This document shows, in pieces, positions 1 through 9,800 of a stretch of 64,000 bases of DNA. Below the pieces are notes generated by a model. It saw only the letters and a list, made by a program, of their open reading frames with translations. It had not been told where the DNA came from and ran no database searches. How positions within the stretch are numbered: position 1 is the stretch's first letter; each line of letters begins with the position of its first letter. A program made the position numbers and the translations under genes. The stretch covers positions 1,056,001 through 1,120,000 of the forward strand of contig OY764159.1 of the NCBI GenBank assembly GCA_963668175.1, read 5' to 3'. Source of the stretch: Syntrophales bacterium. Lineage in GTDB: Bacteria; Desulfobacterota; Syntrophia; Syntrophales; PHBD01.

Positions 1-522
1 CACGGCATGCCGTCCGACCGGCGGCTTAAAGAGGGCGATATCCTCAGCATCGATTTCGGCGTCGATTATAAGGGATATTTCGGAGATGCAGCCGTAACGG
101 TGCCGGTAGGCGCCGTCAGCGATGACGCCTTGAGGCTCATGCGGGTTACGGAAGAATCTCTTTATAAAGCGATCGAGGTCGCGAAGGTCGGCAACCGGCT
201 GGGGGACATCTCCGGTGCGGTGCAGTCCCATGTCGAGGATGCGGGTTATGCTGTCGTCAGGGATTTTGTCGGTCACGGAATAGGCCGCATGCTCCACGAG
301 GAGCCGCAGGTTCCGAATTACGGTATCCGCGGGCGCGGCATTGAGTTGAGGGCTGGTATGGTGCTGGCCATCGAACCGATGGTCAATGAAGGAACATTCA
401 AAGTCCGTGTATTGTCGAACGGCTGGACGGTGGTGACCCAGGACGGAAAACTGTCGGCCCATTTCGAGCATTCTGTTGCGATAACGCAGAACGGGCCGGA
501 GATACTCAGTCAGTTGCACTGA
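1..522 (+). CDS. map: Methionine aminopeptidase type I (5' end outside window)
   Basis: DxG...GD, GHGIG..HEEP, AIEPM and SAHFEH metal-binding motifs; frame is open from base 1; lies directly upstream of infA. Confidence 0.97.
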   Translation, partial: HGMPSDRRLKEGDILSIDFGVDYKGYFGDAAVTVPVGAVSDDALRLMRVTEESLYKAIEVAKVGNRLGDISGAVQSHVEDAGYAVVRDFVGHGIGRMLHEEPQVPNYGIRGRGIELRAGMVLAIEPMVNEGTFKVRVLSNGWTVVTQDGKLSAHFEHSVAITQNGPEILSQLH

Positions 523-563
523 GAAAGAATGACCGCGGTGTGCGCGGTCGGAGTTTTTACATT

Positions 564-782
564 ATGGCGAAAGAGGAAGCGATAGAGGTTGAAGGCAGGG
601 TTATCGAGCCCTTGCCGAACGCCATGTTTCGCGTCGAGTTGGAAAACGGACACCGGGTGCTGGCCCACATTTCCGGGAAGATGCGGATGCATTTCATCAA
701 GATCCTTCCCGGCGACAAGGTCACCGTCGAGCTGTCGCCCTATGATCTGACGCGGGGCAGGATTACATACAGGGCAAAATAG
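564..782 (+). CDS. infA: Translation initiation factor IF-1
   Basis: [11 protein letters not shown]...[14 protein letters not shown]...ISGKMR...[10 protein letters not shown]; start placed at ATG 564. Confidence 0.98.
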   Translation: MAKEEAIEVEGRVIEPLPNAMFRVELENGHRVLAHISGKMRMHFIKILPGDKVTVELSPYDLTRGRITYRAK

Positions 783-843
783 GGGTGGCCTCAAGCCACG
801 TATCGGCGTCATAATCAGGATTACGAGCATAAGGGGATATCTT

Positions 844-957
844 GTGAAAGTCAGATCTTCCGTAAAAAAAATGTGCGATAAGTGCAAGATTATCAAAAGG
901 CGGGGCGTCTTGAGGGTAATTTGCGAGAACCCGAAGCATAAGCAGCGTCAAGGATAA
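844..957 (+). CDS. rpmJ: 50S ribosomal protein L36 (Zn-type); not in the ORF track
   Basis: My translation from GTG 844: [37 protein letters not shown]. Confidence 0.98.
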   Translation: MKVRSSVKKMCDKCKIIKRRGVLRVICENPKHKQRQG

Positions 958-977
958 CAAGCCGTAGGAGGTTTTTT

Positions 978-1346
978 GTGGCCAGAATAGCAGGCGTGGA
1001 TTTACCCAAAAATAAGAGGATGGAGATTGCGTTGACCTATATCTACGGGATAGGCCGGACGAAGGCTATGGAGATCCTGGCGGAGGCAGGCGTCAGTCCC
1101 GATACGAAGACGGATGTTCTGGCCGACTCGGAAATTACCGCCATCAGAAATATCATCGACAAAGAGCACAAAGTCGAGGGCGATCTGCGCAGAGATATCT
1201 CCATGTCGATCAAGAGACTTATGGATTTGGGATCTTACCGGGGATTGCGACACAGGAAGGGATTGCCTGTCCGGGGCCAGAGAACCGGTACCAACGCGCG
1301 GACGCGAAAGGGTCCGAGACGTTCCGTGGCAGGGAAGAGGAAGTAA
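978..1346 (+). CDS. rpsM: 30S ribosomal protein S13
   Basis: [10 protein letters not shown]...[23 protein letters not shown]. Confidence 0.99.
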   Translation: MARIAGVDLPKNKRMEIALTYIYGIGRTKAMEILAEAGVSPDTKTDVLADSEITAIRNIIDKEHKVEGDLRRDISMSIKRLMDLGSYRGLRHRKGLPVRGQRTGTNARTRKGPRRSVAGKRK

Positions 1347-1378
1347 CAGCGAGCAGAAGATCATGAGCCGGAGGTAGC

Positions 1379-1771
1379 ATGGCCAAACCATCGAGAAAAA
1401 CGGGAAAGAAAAAAGAGAAGAAGAATATAACGGAAGGCGTGGCCCATATCCAGTCTACGTTCAATAACACGATCGTGACGATTACCGATATGAGCGGGAA
1501 CGTCATCGCCTGGGCATCGGCCGGCATGCAGGGATTCAAGGGGTCGAGGAAGAGCACCCCGTTCGCCGCGCAGCTCGCTGCGGAAGATGCCGTTAAAAAA
1601 GCCAAGGAGCACGGATTGAGAACCGTGCAGGTCTATGTCAAGGGGCCGGGGTCCGGCCGAGAATCGGCTCTCAGGTCGCTCCAACTCGCGGGCCTGAATA
1701 TCAGCCTCATCAGGGATGTGACGCCTATTCCCCACAACGGCTGCCGGCCTCCGAAGAGAAGAAGGGTATAA
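1379..1771 (+). CDS. rpsK: 30S ribosomal protein S11
   Basis: [12 protein letters not shown]...KSTPFAAQ...[18 protein letters not shown]. Confidence 0.99.
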   Translation: MAKPSRKTGKKKEKKNITEGVAHIQSTFNNTIVTITDMSGNVIAWASAGMQGFKGSRKSTPFAAQLAAEDAVKKAKEHGLRTVQVYVKGPGSGRESALRSLQLAGLNISLIRDVTPIPHNGCRPPKRRRV

Positions 1772-1859
1772 ACATCAAAAACTGATATGCGCGGATGCCT
1801 GTCCCTCAGGGGCGCTGCGCGGGTAACCACCAATATCGAAGGAACGACAGGGAGGTATT

Positions 1860-2486
1860 TTGGCAAGGTATAAAGAATCCGTGTGCAGATTGTGCCGAAG
1901 AGAAGGATTGAAACTGTTTCTCAAGGGAGACAGGTGCTACACCGAAAAGTGCGCCTACGAGCGGCGGGGATACGCCCCGGGTGAGCACGGACAGCTTCGG
2001 AGAAAGTATTCGGACTATGGGGTTCAGCTCCGGGAAAAGCAGAAACTCAAGAGGATGTACGGCCTGCTCGAGAAGCAGTTCAAGGGCAACTTCGAGAGAG
2101 CAGACCGGCAGAAGGGGATAACGGGTACGAACCTTCTTCTCTTGCTGGAAAGACGGCTCGACAACATGGTCTTTCGGATGGGGTTTGCCAATTCACGGAA
2201 TGAAGCAAGGCAACTTGTCAGACATAACCATTTCCTGGTCAGTTCAAAACCGGTCAATATCCCCTCCTATATAGTAAAGGTCGGTGACGAGATTCAACTG
2301 CGGGAAAAGAGCAGGACGGTGGAACGCATACTGGAGGCTATGGAGACCATAGCGCGCAGGGGTGTTCCCTCGTGGCTCGAATTGGACAAGGCCAATTTTA
2401 AGGGAACCGTCAAGGCAATGCCCGGTCGTGAAGATCTTACCATGCCGGTACAAGAACAATTAGTGGTTGAGCTGTATTCCAAGTAG
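1860..2486 (+). CDS. rpsD: 30S ribosomal protein S4 (Cys-containing N-terminus)
   Basis: [15 protein letters not shown]...C, LREKQK, LERRLDN, VELYSK; TTG start with GGAGG SD. Confidence 0.99.
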   Translation: MARYKESVCRLCRREGLKLFLKGDRCYTEKCAYERRGYAPGEHGQLRRKYSDYGVQLREKQKLKRMYGLLEKQFKGNFERADRQKGITGTNLLLLLERRLDNMVFRMGFANSRNEARQLVRHNHFLVSSKPVNIPSYIVKVGDEIQLREKSRTVERILEAMETIARRGVPSWLELDKANFKGTVKAMPGREDLTMPVQEQLVVELYSK

Positions 2487-2544
2487 TCGCACCGTTAATT
2501 GGAACCAGGTACGGATTTTCACCACAACATAAGGAAATGAATCT

Positions 2545-3558
2545 ATGCAAAGAAATTGGCGCAGCTTGATACGGCCCAAGAGGATTGAGATTGATGAAAC
2601 AAGCCGGTCGCGTTTTTATGGCGAATTTACCTGTCAGCCCCTGGAAAGGGGTTTCGGCATTACGCTGGGGAACGCGATCAGACGGGTCCTTTTGTCGTCC
2701 ATCCAAGGGGCGGCGATTGTGTCCGTGAAAATTGATGGTGTATTGCATGAATTCGATACGGTCCCGGGGATCAAGGAAGATGTGACCGACATTATCATGA
2801 ATCTCAAGGGAGTCCGGGTCAAGCTCCATCAGGACGGTCCGAGGGCCGTTCGCATCGAAAAGACGGAGGAAGGCATCATTACGGCGGCCGATATCATTAC
2901 TGACGGCAATGTCGAGGTCCTTAATCCCGACCATTACATCGCGACATTGTCCGGCGATGCGACATTCAAAGCCGATATGTACGTAAAACTCGGCAAGGGT
3001 TACGTTCCGGCGAAAAGAGAACGGGAGTTCGATCAGCCCGAAGGAACGATCAACATCGATGCCATCTATTCGCCGATCAAGAAGGTCAATTACACGGTAA
3101 CCCATGCCCGCGTCGGGCAGATCGCCGACTATGACCGTCTGATTCTCGAAGTATGGACCGACGGCAGCGTCCTGCCGGAAGATTCCGTCGCCTACGCGGC
3201 CAAAATATTGAAGGAACAGCTCGACGTCTTCATCAATTTCGACGAAATCGAGGAAGAAGAGCAGCCTATCAAGGAAGAGAAAGAAGACATCAACAATATC
3301 CTCCTGCGGCGGGTCGATGACCTGGAGCTTTCGGTCAGGTCGATGAACTGCCTTAAAAATGCGGGCATCGAGTTGATCGGGGAACTGGTTCAGAAGACGG
3401 AAGCAGAGATGCTCAAGACGAAAAACTTCGGGCGCAAGTCCCTTAACGAAATCAAGGTCATCCTTGATGAAATGGGCCTGAGTTTCGGTATGAAGCTGGA
3501 ATTTACACCCTGGAACAAGGAACAGGCCAAGGATTACGAAGACTCCCAGGCGGAATAG
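2545..3558 (+). CDS. rpoA: RNA polymerase alpha subunit
   Basis: [47 protein letters not shown]. Confidence 0.99.
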   Translation: MQRNWRSLIRPKRIEIDETSRSRFYGEFTCQPLERGFGITLGNAIRRVLLSSIQGAAIVSVKIDGVLHEFDTVPGIKEDVTDIIMNLKGVRVKLHQDGPRAVRIEKTEEGIITAADIITDGNVEVLNPDHYIATLSGDATFKADMYVKLGKGYVPAKREREFDQPEGTINIDAIYSPIKKVNYTVTHARVGQIADYDRLILEVWTDGSVLPEDSVAYAAKILKEQLDVFINFDEIEEEEQPIKEEKEDINNILLRRVDDLELSVRSMNCLKNAGIELIGELVQKTEAEMLKTKNFGRKSLNEIKVILDEMGLSFGMKLEFTPWNKEQAKDYEDSQAE

Positions 3559-3589
3559 AAAACATTTAATATAGGAAAGGACAGCAACC

Positions 3590-4000
3590 ATGCGTCATGG
3601 CAAATCGGGAAAAAAGCTAGGGAGAACATCGAGCCATCGAAAGGCCATGTTGCGGAACATGGTGACTTCCTTGTTTAAATATGAAAAGATCGAAACGACG
3701 GACAGTAAAGCCAAGGAACTCAGAAAAGTGGCCGATAAAATGGTGACCCTGGGCAAGCGCGGCGATCTCCACGCGAGGAGGCAGGCGCTCTCCTATGTAA
3801 GGGACGGCGAAGTCGTTGGGAAGCTGTTCAGCGATCTTTCCGAGCGCTTCCGTGAGCGTAAAGGCGGTTACACGAGAATCGTCAAAACGGGATTCCGCGT
3901 CGGCGACAATGCCCCCATGTCCATCATCGAATTGACTGCGGAAGTGAAAAAAGCCAAGGCAAAGGCGAAGGGAAAGAAGAAGGCCGCCGCGGCTGCATAA
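3590..4000 (+). CDS. rplQ: 50S ribosomal protein L17
   Basis: [20 protein letters not shown]...GGYTRI. Confidence 0.99.
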   Translation: MRHGKSGKKLGRTSSHRKAMLRNMVTSLFKYEKIETTDSKAKELRKVADKMVTLGKRGDLHARRQALSYVRDGEVVGKLFSDLSERFRERKGGYTRIVKTGFRVGDNAPMSIIELTAEVKKAKAKAKGKKKAAAAA

Positions 4001-4022
4001 TAGAATTCCGGTATAATTGAAG

Positions 4023-4057
4023 AAAAAAGCAGGCTTGGATCAAGCCTGCTTTTTTTA
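4023..4057 (+). terminator. Intrinsic terminator of the alpha operon (symmetric A/T tails)
   Basis: AAAAAAGCAGGCTTG-GAT-CAAGCCTGCTTTTTTT. Confidence 0.9.
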
Positions 4058-4070
4058 TATGGATATATTC

Positions 4071-4099
4071 TTGTCATATCCGCCTAAGAGTGTTATAAT
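4071..4099 (+). promoter_or_regulatory. sigma70-type promoter with extended -10
   Basis: TTGTCA-17 nt-TATAAT, preceded by TG. Confidence 0.75.
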
Positions 4100-4149
4100 A
4101 TTCACTAAATTTAAAGCTCTACAAAACGGTTCGGATAAGGAGGTTCATT

Positions 4150-4410
4150 ATGCCGGAAGAAAAAATAGGCGAAGTAGTCAAATTTTTTGCAAAACCGAGT
4201 GTCGCGGCAGTCAAGATCACGGCCGGCGAAGTCAACATCGGCGATAAGATCAAATTCTTCGGCCATACCACCGATTTTACGGATACCCTGGAATCAATGG
4301 AGGTGAATAACCAGAAAATCGAAAAGGCCGTTCCCGGCGACTATATCGGCGTCAAGACTTCGGACCGCGTCCGTCCCGGCGACGAAGTGTTTAAAGTGAT
4401 CCCCGACTGA
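4150..4410 (+). CDS. Stand-alone translation-elongation-factor domain II-like beta-barrel protein
   Basis: GEVNIGDKIKF...ESMEVNNQKIEKAVPGDYIGVK...VRPGD resembles EF-Tu domain II / U32 peptidase C-terminal barrel; AAGGAGG SD. Confidence 0.75.
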   Translation: MPEEKIGEVVKFFAKPSVAAVKITAGEVNIGDKIKFFGHTTDFTDTLESMEVNNQKIEKAVPGDYIGVKTSDRVRPGDEVFKVIPD

Positions 4411-4455
4411 TACGGATATGGACGTCCGATCATCCTTGGCGGCTGAGGGATCGTA

Positions 4456-5235
4456 ATGATGAATATCAGGGTATTGGGGTGTCACGGATCGAGTCATCCG
4501 GGCTTCAACACAACGGCCTTCCTTTTAAATGAAAATATCCTGATTGATGCTGGCACGGTTGTGTCGGTGCTGGCGCCGGAGGATCAGGCCAAGATCGATT
4601 ATATCCTCGTTACGCACGCCCATCTGGACCATATCAAGGATATCCCTTTTCTGGCGGACAATATATACTACGACCGGAGAGAATCGCCGCTGGTCGTCAT
4701 CAGCAAGGATAACATCCTGGAGACGATCCACACCCATCTCTTTAACGGGGATGTTTGGCCCGATTTCACGAAAATTCCCGACAGCGACCATCCGGTCCTG
4801 GCGTTTCGCCCCATCGAGAGCAATAAAGGCATTACCATCGACGGATTCAAGGTAACCGCCGTGGAAGTCAATCATGCCGTGGAGACCGTGGCGTATGTCG
4901 TGGAGTCCGTAGACGGCACGGTCATTTTTATAGGCGATACGGGTCCGACGGACGAAATATGGGATATCGCGAATAAGACGGCCAATCTGAAGGCCATATT
5001 CGTGGAGACTTCCCTGCCTGACAAGATGCAGCACGTGGCGGACGTTACGGGTCATCTAACGCCGGCGGCTCTCGGTGAGGAGTTGCGTAAGCTGGAGACG
5101 CTCCAGACGGACGTCTATCTCTATCATATGAAACTCATGTACCGTCCGTTCATCAAGAGCGAACTGGCTCTTCTGGAAAAGAAGAATATGCACATCCTCC
5201 AGGACGGACAGGTCATCAGGATCGGAGCCGTCTGA
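4456..5235 (+). CDS. Class II 3',5'-cyclic nucleotide phosphodiesterase (MBL fold)
   Basis: LGCHGS, DAGT, THAHLDH, FNGDVWPDF, GDTGP, GHLTP motifs. Confidence 0.85.
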   Translation: MMNIRVLGCHGSSHPGFNTTAFLLNENILIDAGTVVSVLAPEDQAKIDYILVTHAHLDHIKDIPFLADNIYYDRRESPLVVISKDNILETIHTHLFNGDVWPDFTKIPDSDHPVLAFRPIESNKGITIDGFKVTAVEVNHAVETVAYVVESVDGTVIFIGDTGPTDEIWDIANKTANLKAIFVETSLPDKMQHVADVTGHLTPAALGEELRKLETLQTDVYLYHMKLMYRPFIKSELALLEKKNMHILQDGQVIRIGAV

Positions 5236-5401
5236 TCGCAAGGGGGTTTCTGTCGGCGGATTTACGGAAGTCCGGTCCTGCATCATTCCCCTAATGACAG
5301 GTTTGCGGAGATGATTATCCTGTCGAGGGCAGGCCCGGGAAGAACCGGATGCGAACCAGCCTTGGCAGGCGCGCGCCGCCTTTTGAAGATTAAGGTAACG
5401 T

Positions 5402-6748
5402 ATGACACCTGTGCCGCGCCGAAACGGCCTTCTCTCCCGGGAGGCGGCAACCGACCCTCTGCCTCGTCATGTCGAAGCCTTCGCTTATCTGGCCTCGCTG
5501 GACAAAATGGGCATCCGGATGGGGCTGGATGAGGTGCGGCGCCTGCTTGCGAATATGGGCGACCCCCATCTCGCGTATCCGTCCCTCCTCATCGGAGGCA
5601 CCAACGGCAAGGGGTCCATCGCCGCCATGACCGCCGCCGTTCTTCAGAGGAGCGGCCTCAGGACAGGGCTCTACACATCGCCTCACCTGGTGGACTTGAG
5701 CGAAAGAATCCGCGTCGGCCGTAGTCAGATATCGTGCCGGCGGCTGATTGCCGCAATTGGCGAGGTCCGGAAGCGGATGAGCGAGCCTGTAACGTGGTTT
5801 GAATTTGTCACGGTCATGGCCTTTCTCCACTTTGCCGGGGAGCACATCGATATCGCCGTTCTGGAAGTGGGCATGGGAGGGCGTCTCGATGCGACGAACG
5901 TTACCGAACCGGTCGTTTCCGTCATCTCGAACGTCTCCCTTGAGCATCAGTCCTACCTGGGGAACCGCCTGAGTCTGATCGCCGGGGAAAAAGGGGAAAT
6001 TATCCGGCGGAACCGGCCCTGTATCACGGCGGCGACGCAGCCGCAGGTCATCCGGGTCCTGGAAGAACTATGCCGGGAAAGGCGGGTGCCCTTGTACCGG
6101 CTGGGGAAAGATTTCCACGTCCGGAAGAACCCCGACGGGACATTCCAATACCAGGGATTGAACAGAACATATCCCCGCCTCGTCTGTCCGCTTCGCGGAA
6201 ATCATCAATACGCCAACGCCGGCGTCGCCCTGGCCGCCATCGAAGCCTTGACCGATCAGGGGTATAAGATCAGCGATAGAGACATCGAAGAAGGGCTGAA
6301 AGAGACGCGATGGGAAGGCCGCCTGGAAGTGCTCAGTCGTGAGCCGACGGTTCTTCTTGACGGAGCCCACAACCCGGCAGGGATCGCTGCGCTGTGCCGT
6401 ACCTTGCGAAGCGACTTCCATTATCGCAGGCTGATCGTAGTCTTCGGAGTGCTCAGCGACAAGAATGCAGCCCGGATGCTTCCGCCCCTTTCCCGGATTG
6501 CTCACAGACTCTTCCTGACGGAGCCGGACATAGGCAGGGCATTGCCGTCCGAGGACCTTCTGTCTTTGGCCAAACGCTATCATCGCCGCGTCGTCACGAT
6601 CAAGAGCCCCCGCGAGGCCCTCGATGAGGCCCTGAAATCGGCCGGAATAGACGATTTGATATGCATCACGGGCTCCCTGTATCTTGTCGGCGAGATCAAA
6701 AAGGCGTTCCCTTTAACGGGCGATTATGGTAAACGGGTTCAGCGCTGA
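5402..6748 (+). CDS. folC: Dihydrofolate synthase/folylpolyglutamate synthase
   Basis: GTNGKGS, YTSPHL, EVGMGGRLDATNV, LDGAHN, GSLYLVG; exact start uncertain. Confidence 0.95.
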   Translation: MTPVPRRNGLLSREAATDPLPRHVEAFAYLASLDKMGIRMGLDEVRRLLANMGDPHLAYPSLLIGGTNGKGSIAAMTAAVLQRSGLRTGLYTSPHLVDLSERIRVGRSQISCRRLIAAIGEVRKRMSEPVTWFEFVTVMAFLHFAGEHIDIAVLEVGMGGRLDATNVTEPVVSVISNVSLEHQSYLGNRLSLIAGEKGEIIRRNRPCITAATQPQVIRVLEELCRERRVPLYRLGKDFHVRKNPDGTFQYQGLNRTYPRLVCPLRGNHQYANAGVALAAIEALTDQGYKISDRDIEEGLKETRWEGRLEVLSREPTVLLDGAHNPAGIAALCRTLRSDFHYRRLIVVFGVLSDKNAARMLPPLSRIAHRLFLTEPDIGRALPSEDLLSLAKRYHRRVVTIKSPREALDEALKSAGIDDLICITGSLYLVGEIKKAFPLTGDYGKRVQR

Positions 6749-6820
6749 ACCTCGACCTGGCGCAACTCTGAAAGGCTGTTATCACGTCTATCAAGATTAA
6801 GGCTATGCGGTGGAAGGCCT

Positions 6821-9800
6821 ATGACCAGAAAACCGGTTTTACGGCAACTGGGGATGACAATCCTTATGATCCTGGCGATAGTGCCCGTTGCCTTTGCCGG
6901 GGGGCCTGTCCGCGGAGTGCAGTGGCCGGCCGGTGCGTCGGCTGGTCGGGACCAAGGCCGCATCGTCGCCTGCGAACAGCTTAAACAAATCCTCCTCAAA
7001 GATTTAATGGCCGACACATCGGTGCAAAGAACCATAGCTGCGTTCAAGCTTACGGCCCCGCGGTTTATCGCCCTGGCCGCCGGGGCGACGCGATTGGAGG
7101 TCGCCTCCGAAACGTGCCGTGACGGCATCTGCCGCCTCCAGGCGAAACTCAAGGACAGTCCGACGGAAATAGGCAGCCTCGTGGCCGAATTGAGCAAGGA
7201 CGAGCGGCAGTCATCCGTTCTGGAATCAGCCGGAGCCAAGGTTCAACTGCTCCTTCGCGAACTCGAAAAGCTGAAGGTTGCCGCCTCCGCAGCCAAAGGA
7301 AACCTCGACCACAATACCCGATATCATCAAGCCGTCCAGGAACTTGCCGCTATCGATCGTCTGCAAGAAGGCATCATGCTGCTCGCCAGGGGCATGCGCG
7401 GACCGGCCCTGGAATCTTTTTCGCTGGGAATCCAGGCCGATCCGAAACTCGTCCAGGCCTACAAGCAGAGAGGGTATATCCATGGGTCGTTTGGAAACTG
7501 CGAAAAGGCGCTGGAGGATTTCAACAGCGCAGCGGAATTCGCGGCCGCAGATATCGAGGTCTACATGGGGCGGGGAGCGGCCTACGCCTGTTTGCGCGAC
7601 TTCGATAAGGCCGTTTCGGATTACGGACAGGCCGCCGTTCTCGGTCCGACGAACCATGAAGCTTTTTACCAAAGGGCCCTAGCCCTCGCCGCCGGCGGCA
7701 ATCTGACGGCGGCGATCGGCGACTACGACCGGGTCCTGGCGCTGCGTCCAACCCATGCCATGGCCTATTTGCAGAGGGCCGAAACTTACGACGCCATGGG
7801 GGACAGTCGTAAAGCCGTTTCCGATTACACCAAGGCCATAGAATTGAACCTCGCCTTCTCGGCCGTATACGTGAAGCGCGGCGCGGCCTTTTTCAAGTTG
7901 CGTGAATACGGGAAAGCCGTCAAGGATTTCGATGCGGCCGTCGTATTAAATCCTGCTGACTTGAATGCCAACGGTCTTCGGAAAGAAGCCTATGCCGCTC
8001 TGGGGATCAAGGAAACAGCGGACCCGGAGGGAAGACCGGCCGCGGAAGTTACCAGCATCGCTCTTGCGCAAAATATACGTTCCCGCGGAGAGGTTGAAGA
8101 CAGCAAGGCCGAGCGTCGCATGGCGCAGGCGATTGACGCCTCCGCCGCGGGCATGGGAGAAAAACGGGACACCGCAGAGATCATACCGGTGGCGCGACGC
8201 GACGGGCAGGACGGTCAGGCGGGCATAAAGAAGGACGCAGTCGCCGTCGTCCGCGAATCTGAAGATTCGCCCCCGGCCCCGGATAACGCAGGTCGAGAGA
8301 AGGCCCGCCAGGAGGATATCGCGGGGCCGGAGAAGGATACTACGGCAGCATCCGGGACGTCCCCTCCTGTTAGCGAAGAGCGCTCCGCCGGTGAAATCGA
8401 ACCGCCAAAAAGCGCCTTGCCCGTGACCGCTGAGAATGCTGCCGGTATGGAGCCCGGGCGGCCCCTTCTCTCTGAATCCGATGCAAGAAAGAGTTCATCG
8501 GAGGTGCCGCAACCCGAAAGAGATCGCATTTTGTCCCCGACTTTAGCAGCAGGGGAAGCCAGCCGGGGCATTTCCAACGCCGCCGGCCATCCCGGAATCC
8601 AGGCTATTGCCTTAGATGCACGGGAAGCCGGCCCGCGAATGCAGCGGACCGCTTTGATCCTATACGCCCGGTCGGAGACGGGAACATCATATGACGTTCA
8701 GGAAGGTGCGGAGCGAAAATCCCAGAACGAGACGAAATCAGACACCCCGGCTGCGACGGAAACCCCGGATGCACGTCATGACGACATGAATGTGCCGAAA
8801 GATACGCCGCCGGTTGTTTTCGAGGGCATTCTCCAGGACCCTTATGGAAAACCCCTGGTGGGAGCGACGATTGAAAAGGTGGATGATCCGTCGGTCCGTG
8901 CCGTTTCGGAAGCGGGTGGACGATTCAGCCTGCCGGGCCTTGGCGCCGCTTCTGAGTTCGTGCTGAAAGCCGAAATGGCAGGTTATCTTCCCCTGTACAT
9001 TTCAAGTCTTCAGTATCCGCCGGGTGCTGCGGCGACAGTATTCACCCTTTACCCCGCAAGCCCCGCCCCACAGACGGGGAAAGTTCGGCAGCCGGTCAGT
9101 ATCGAAGCAGACCGGTTCCGGTATGACAGGGATACGGATACCTATTTTGCCGAAGGCCATGTCGTTATCTCTTATGCCGAAGGACCGGGAGGTACGCTTA
9201 CCGCTGACGAGGCCAAGCTGAGCAAAGCGAACAACCTGGCCGAAGCGACGGGGCATGTCGTCGTGACAAGCGGCAAGGATTCGATCTACGGCGACCGGAT
9301 CGTCATGAACATCGATACCAAGGAAGGAAGCGTATACAACGGCAGGATGTTCATTTCCCAGAACCACTTCTATGTGAAAGGCGACAGGATCGACAAGACG
9401 GGCGAGGCGACGTATCATATCGAGAACGCGTCCGCAACGACATGCGACGGCGACAATCCCGACTGGAGAATCCTGGGCAAGGAACTCGACGTGACCGTCG
9501 ATGGGTACGGCACCATCAAGCAGAGCCGTTTCCTCGCCAGGGACTTCCCGGTCATTTACGCGCCGTATTTCGTCTTCCCCGCCAAGACGACGCGCCAGTC
9601 CGGGTTCCTTTTTCCCTACATGTCCTATTCCCGGGACAAACTGGGCTTCGATGTGGAACTCCCTTTTTACTGGGCCATTTCCAAGAATATGGATGCGACC
9701 TTCTACCAGCGGAACATGACCCAGAGGGGCTTCAAGGAAGGCATGGAATTCCGATATACATTCAGTCCGGACCACTACGGCACGTTCTATGCCGATTTCC

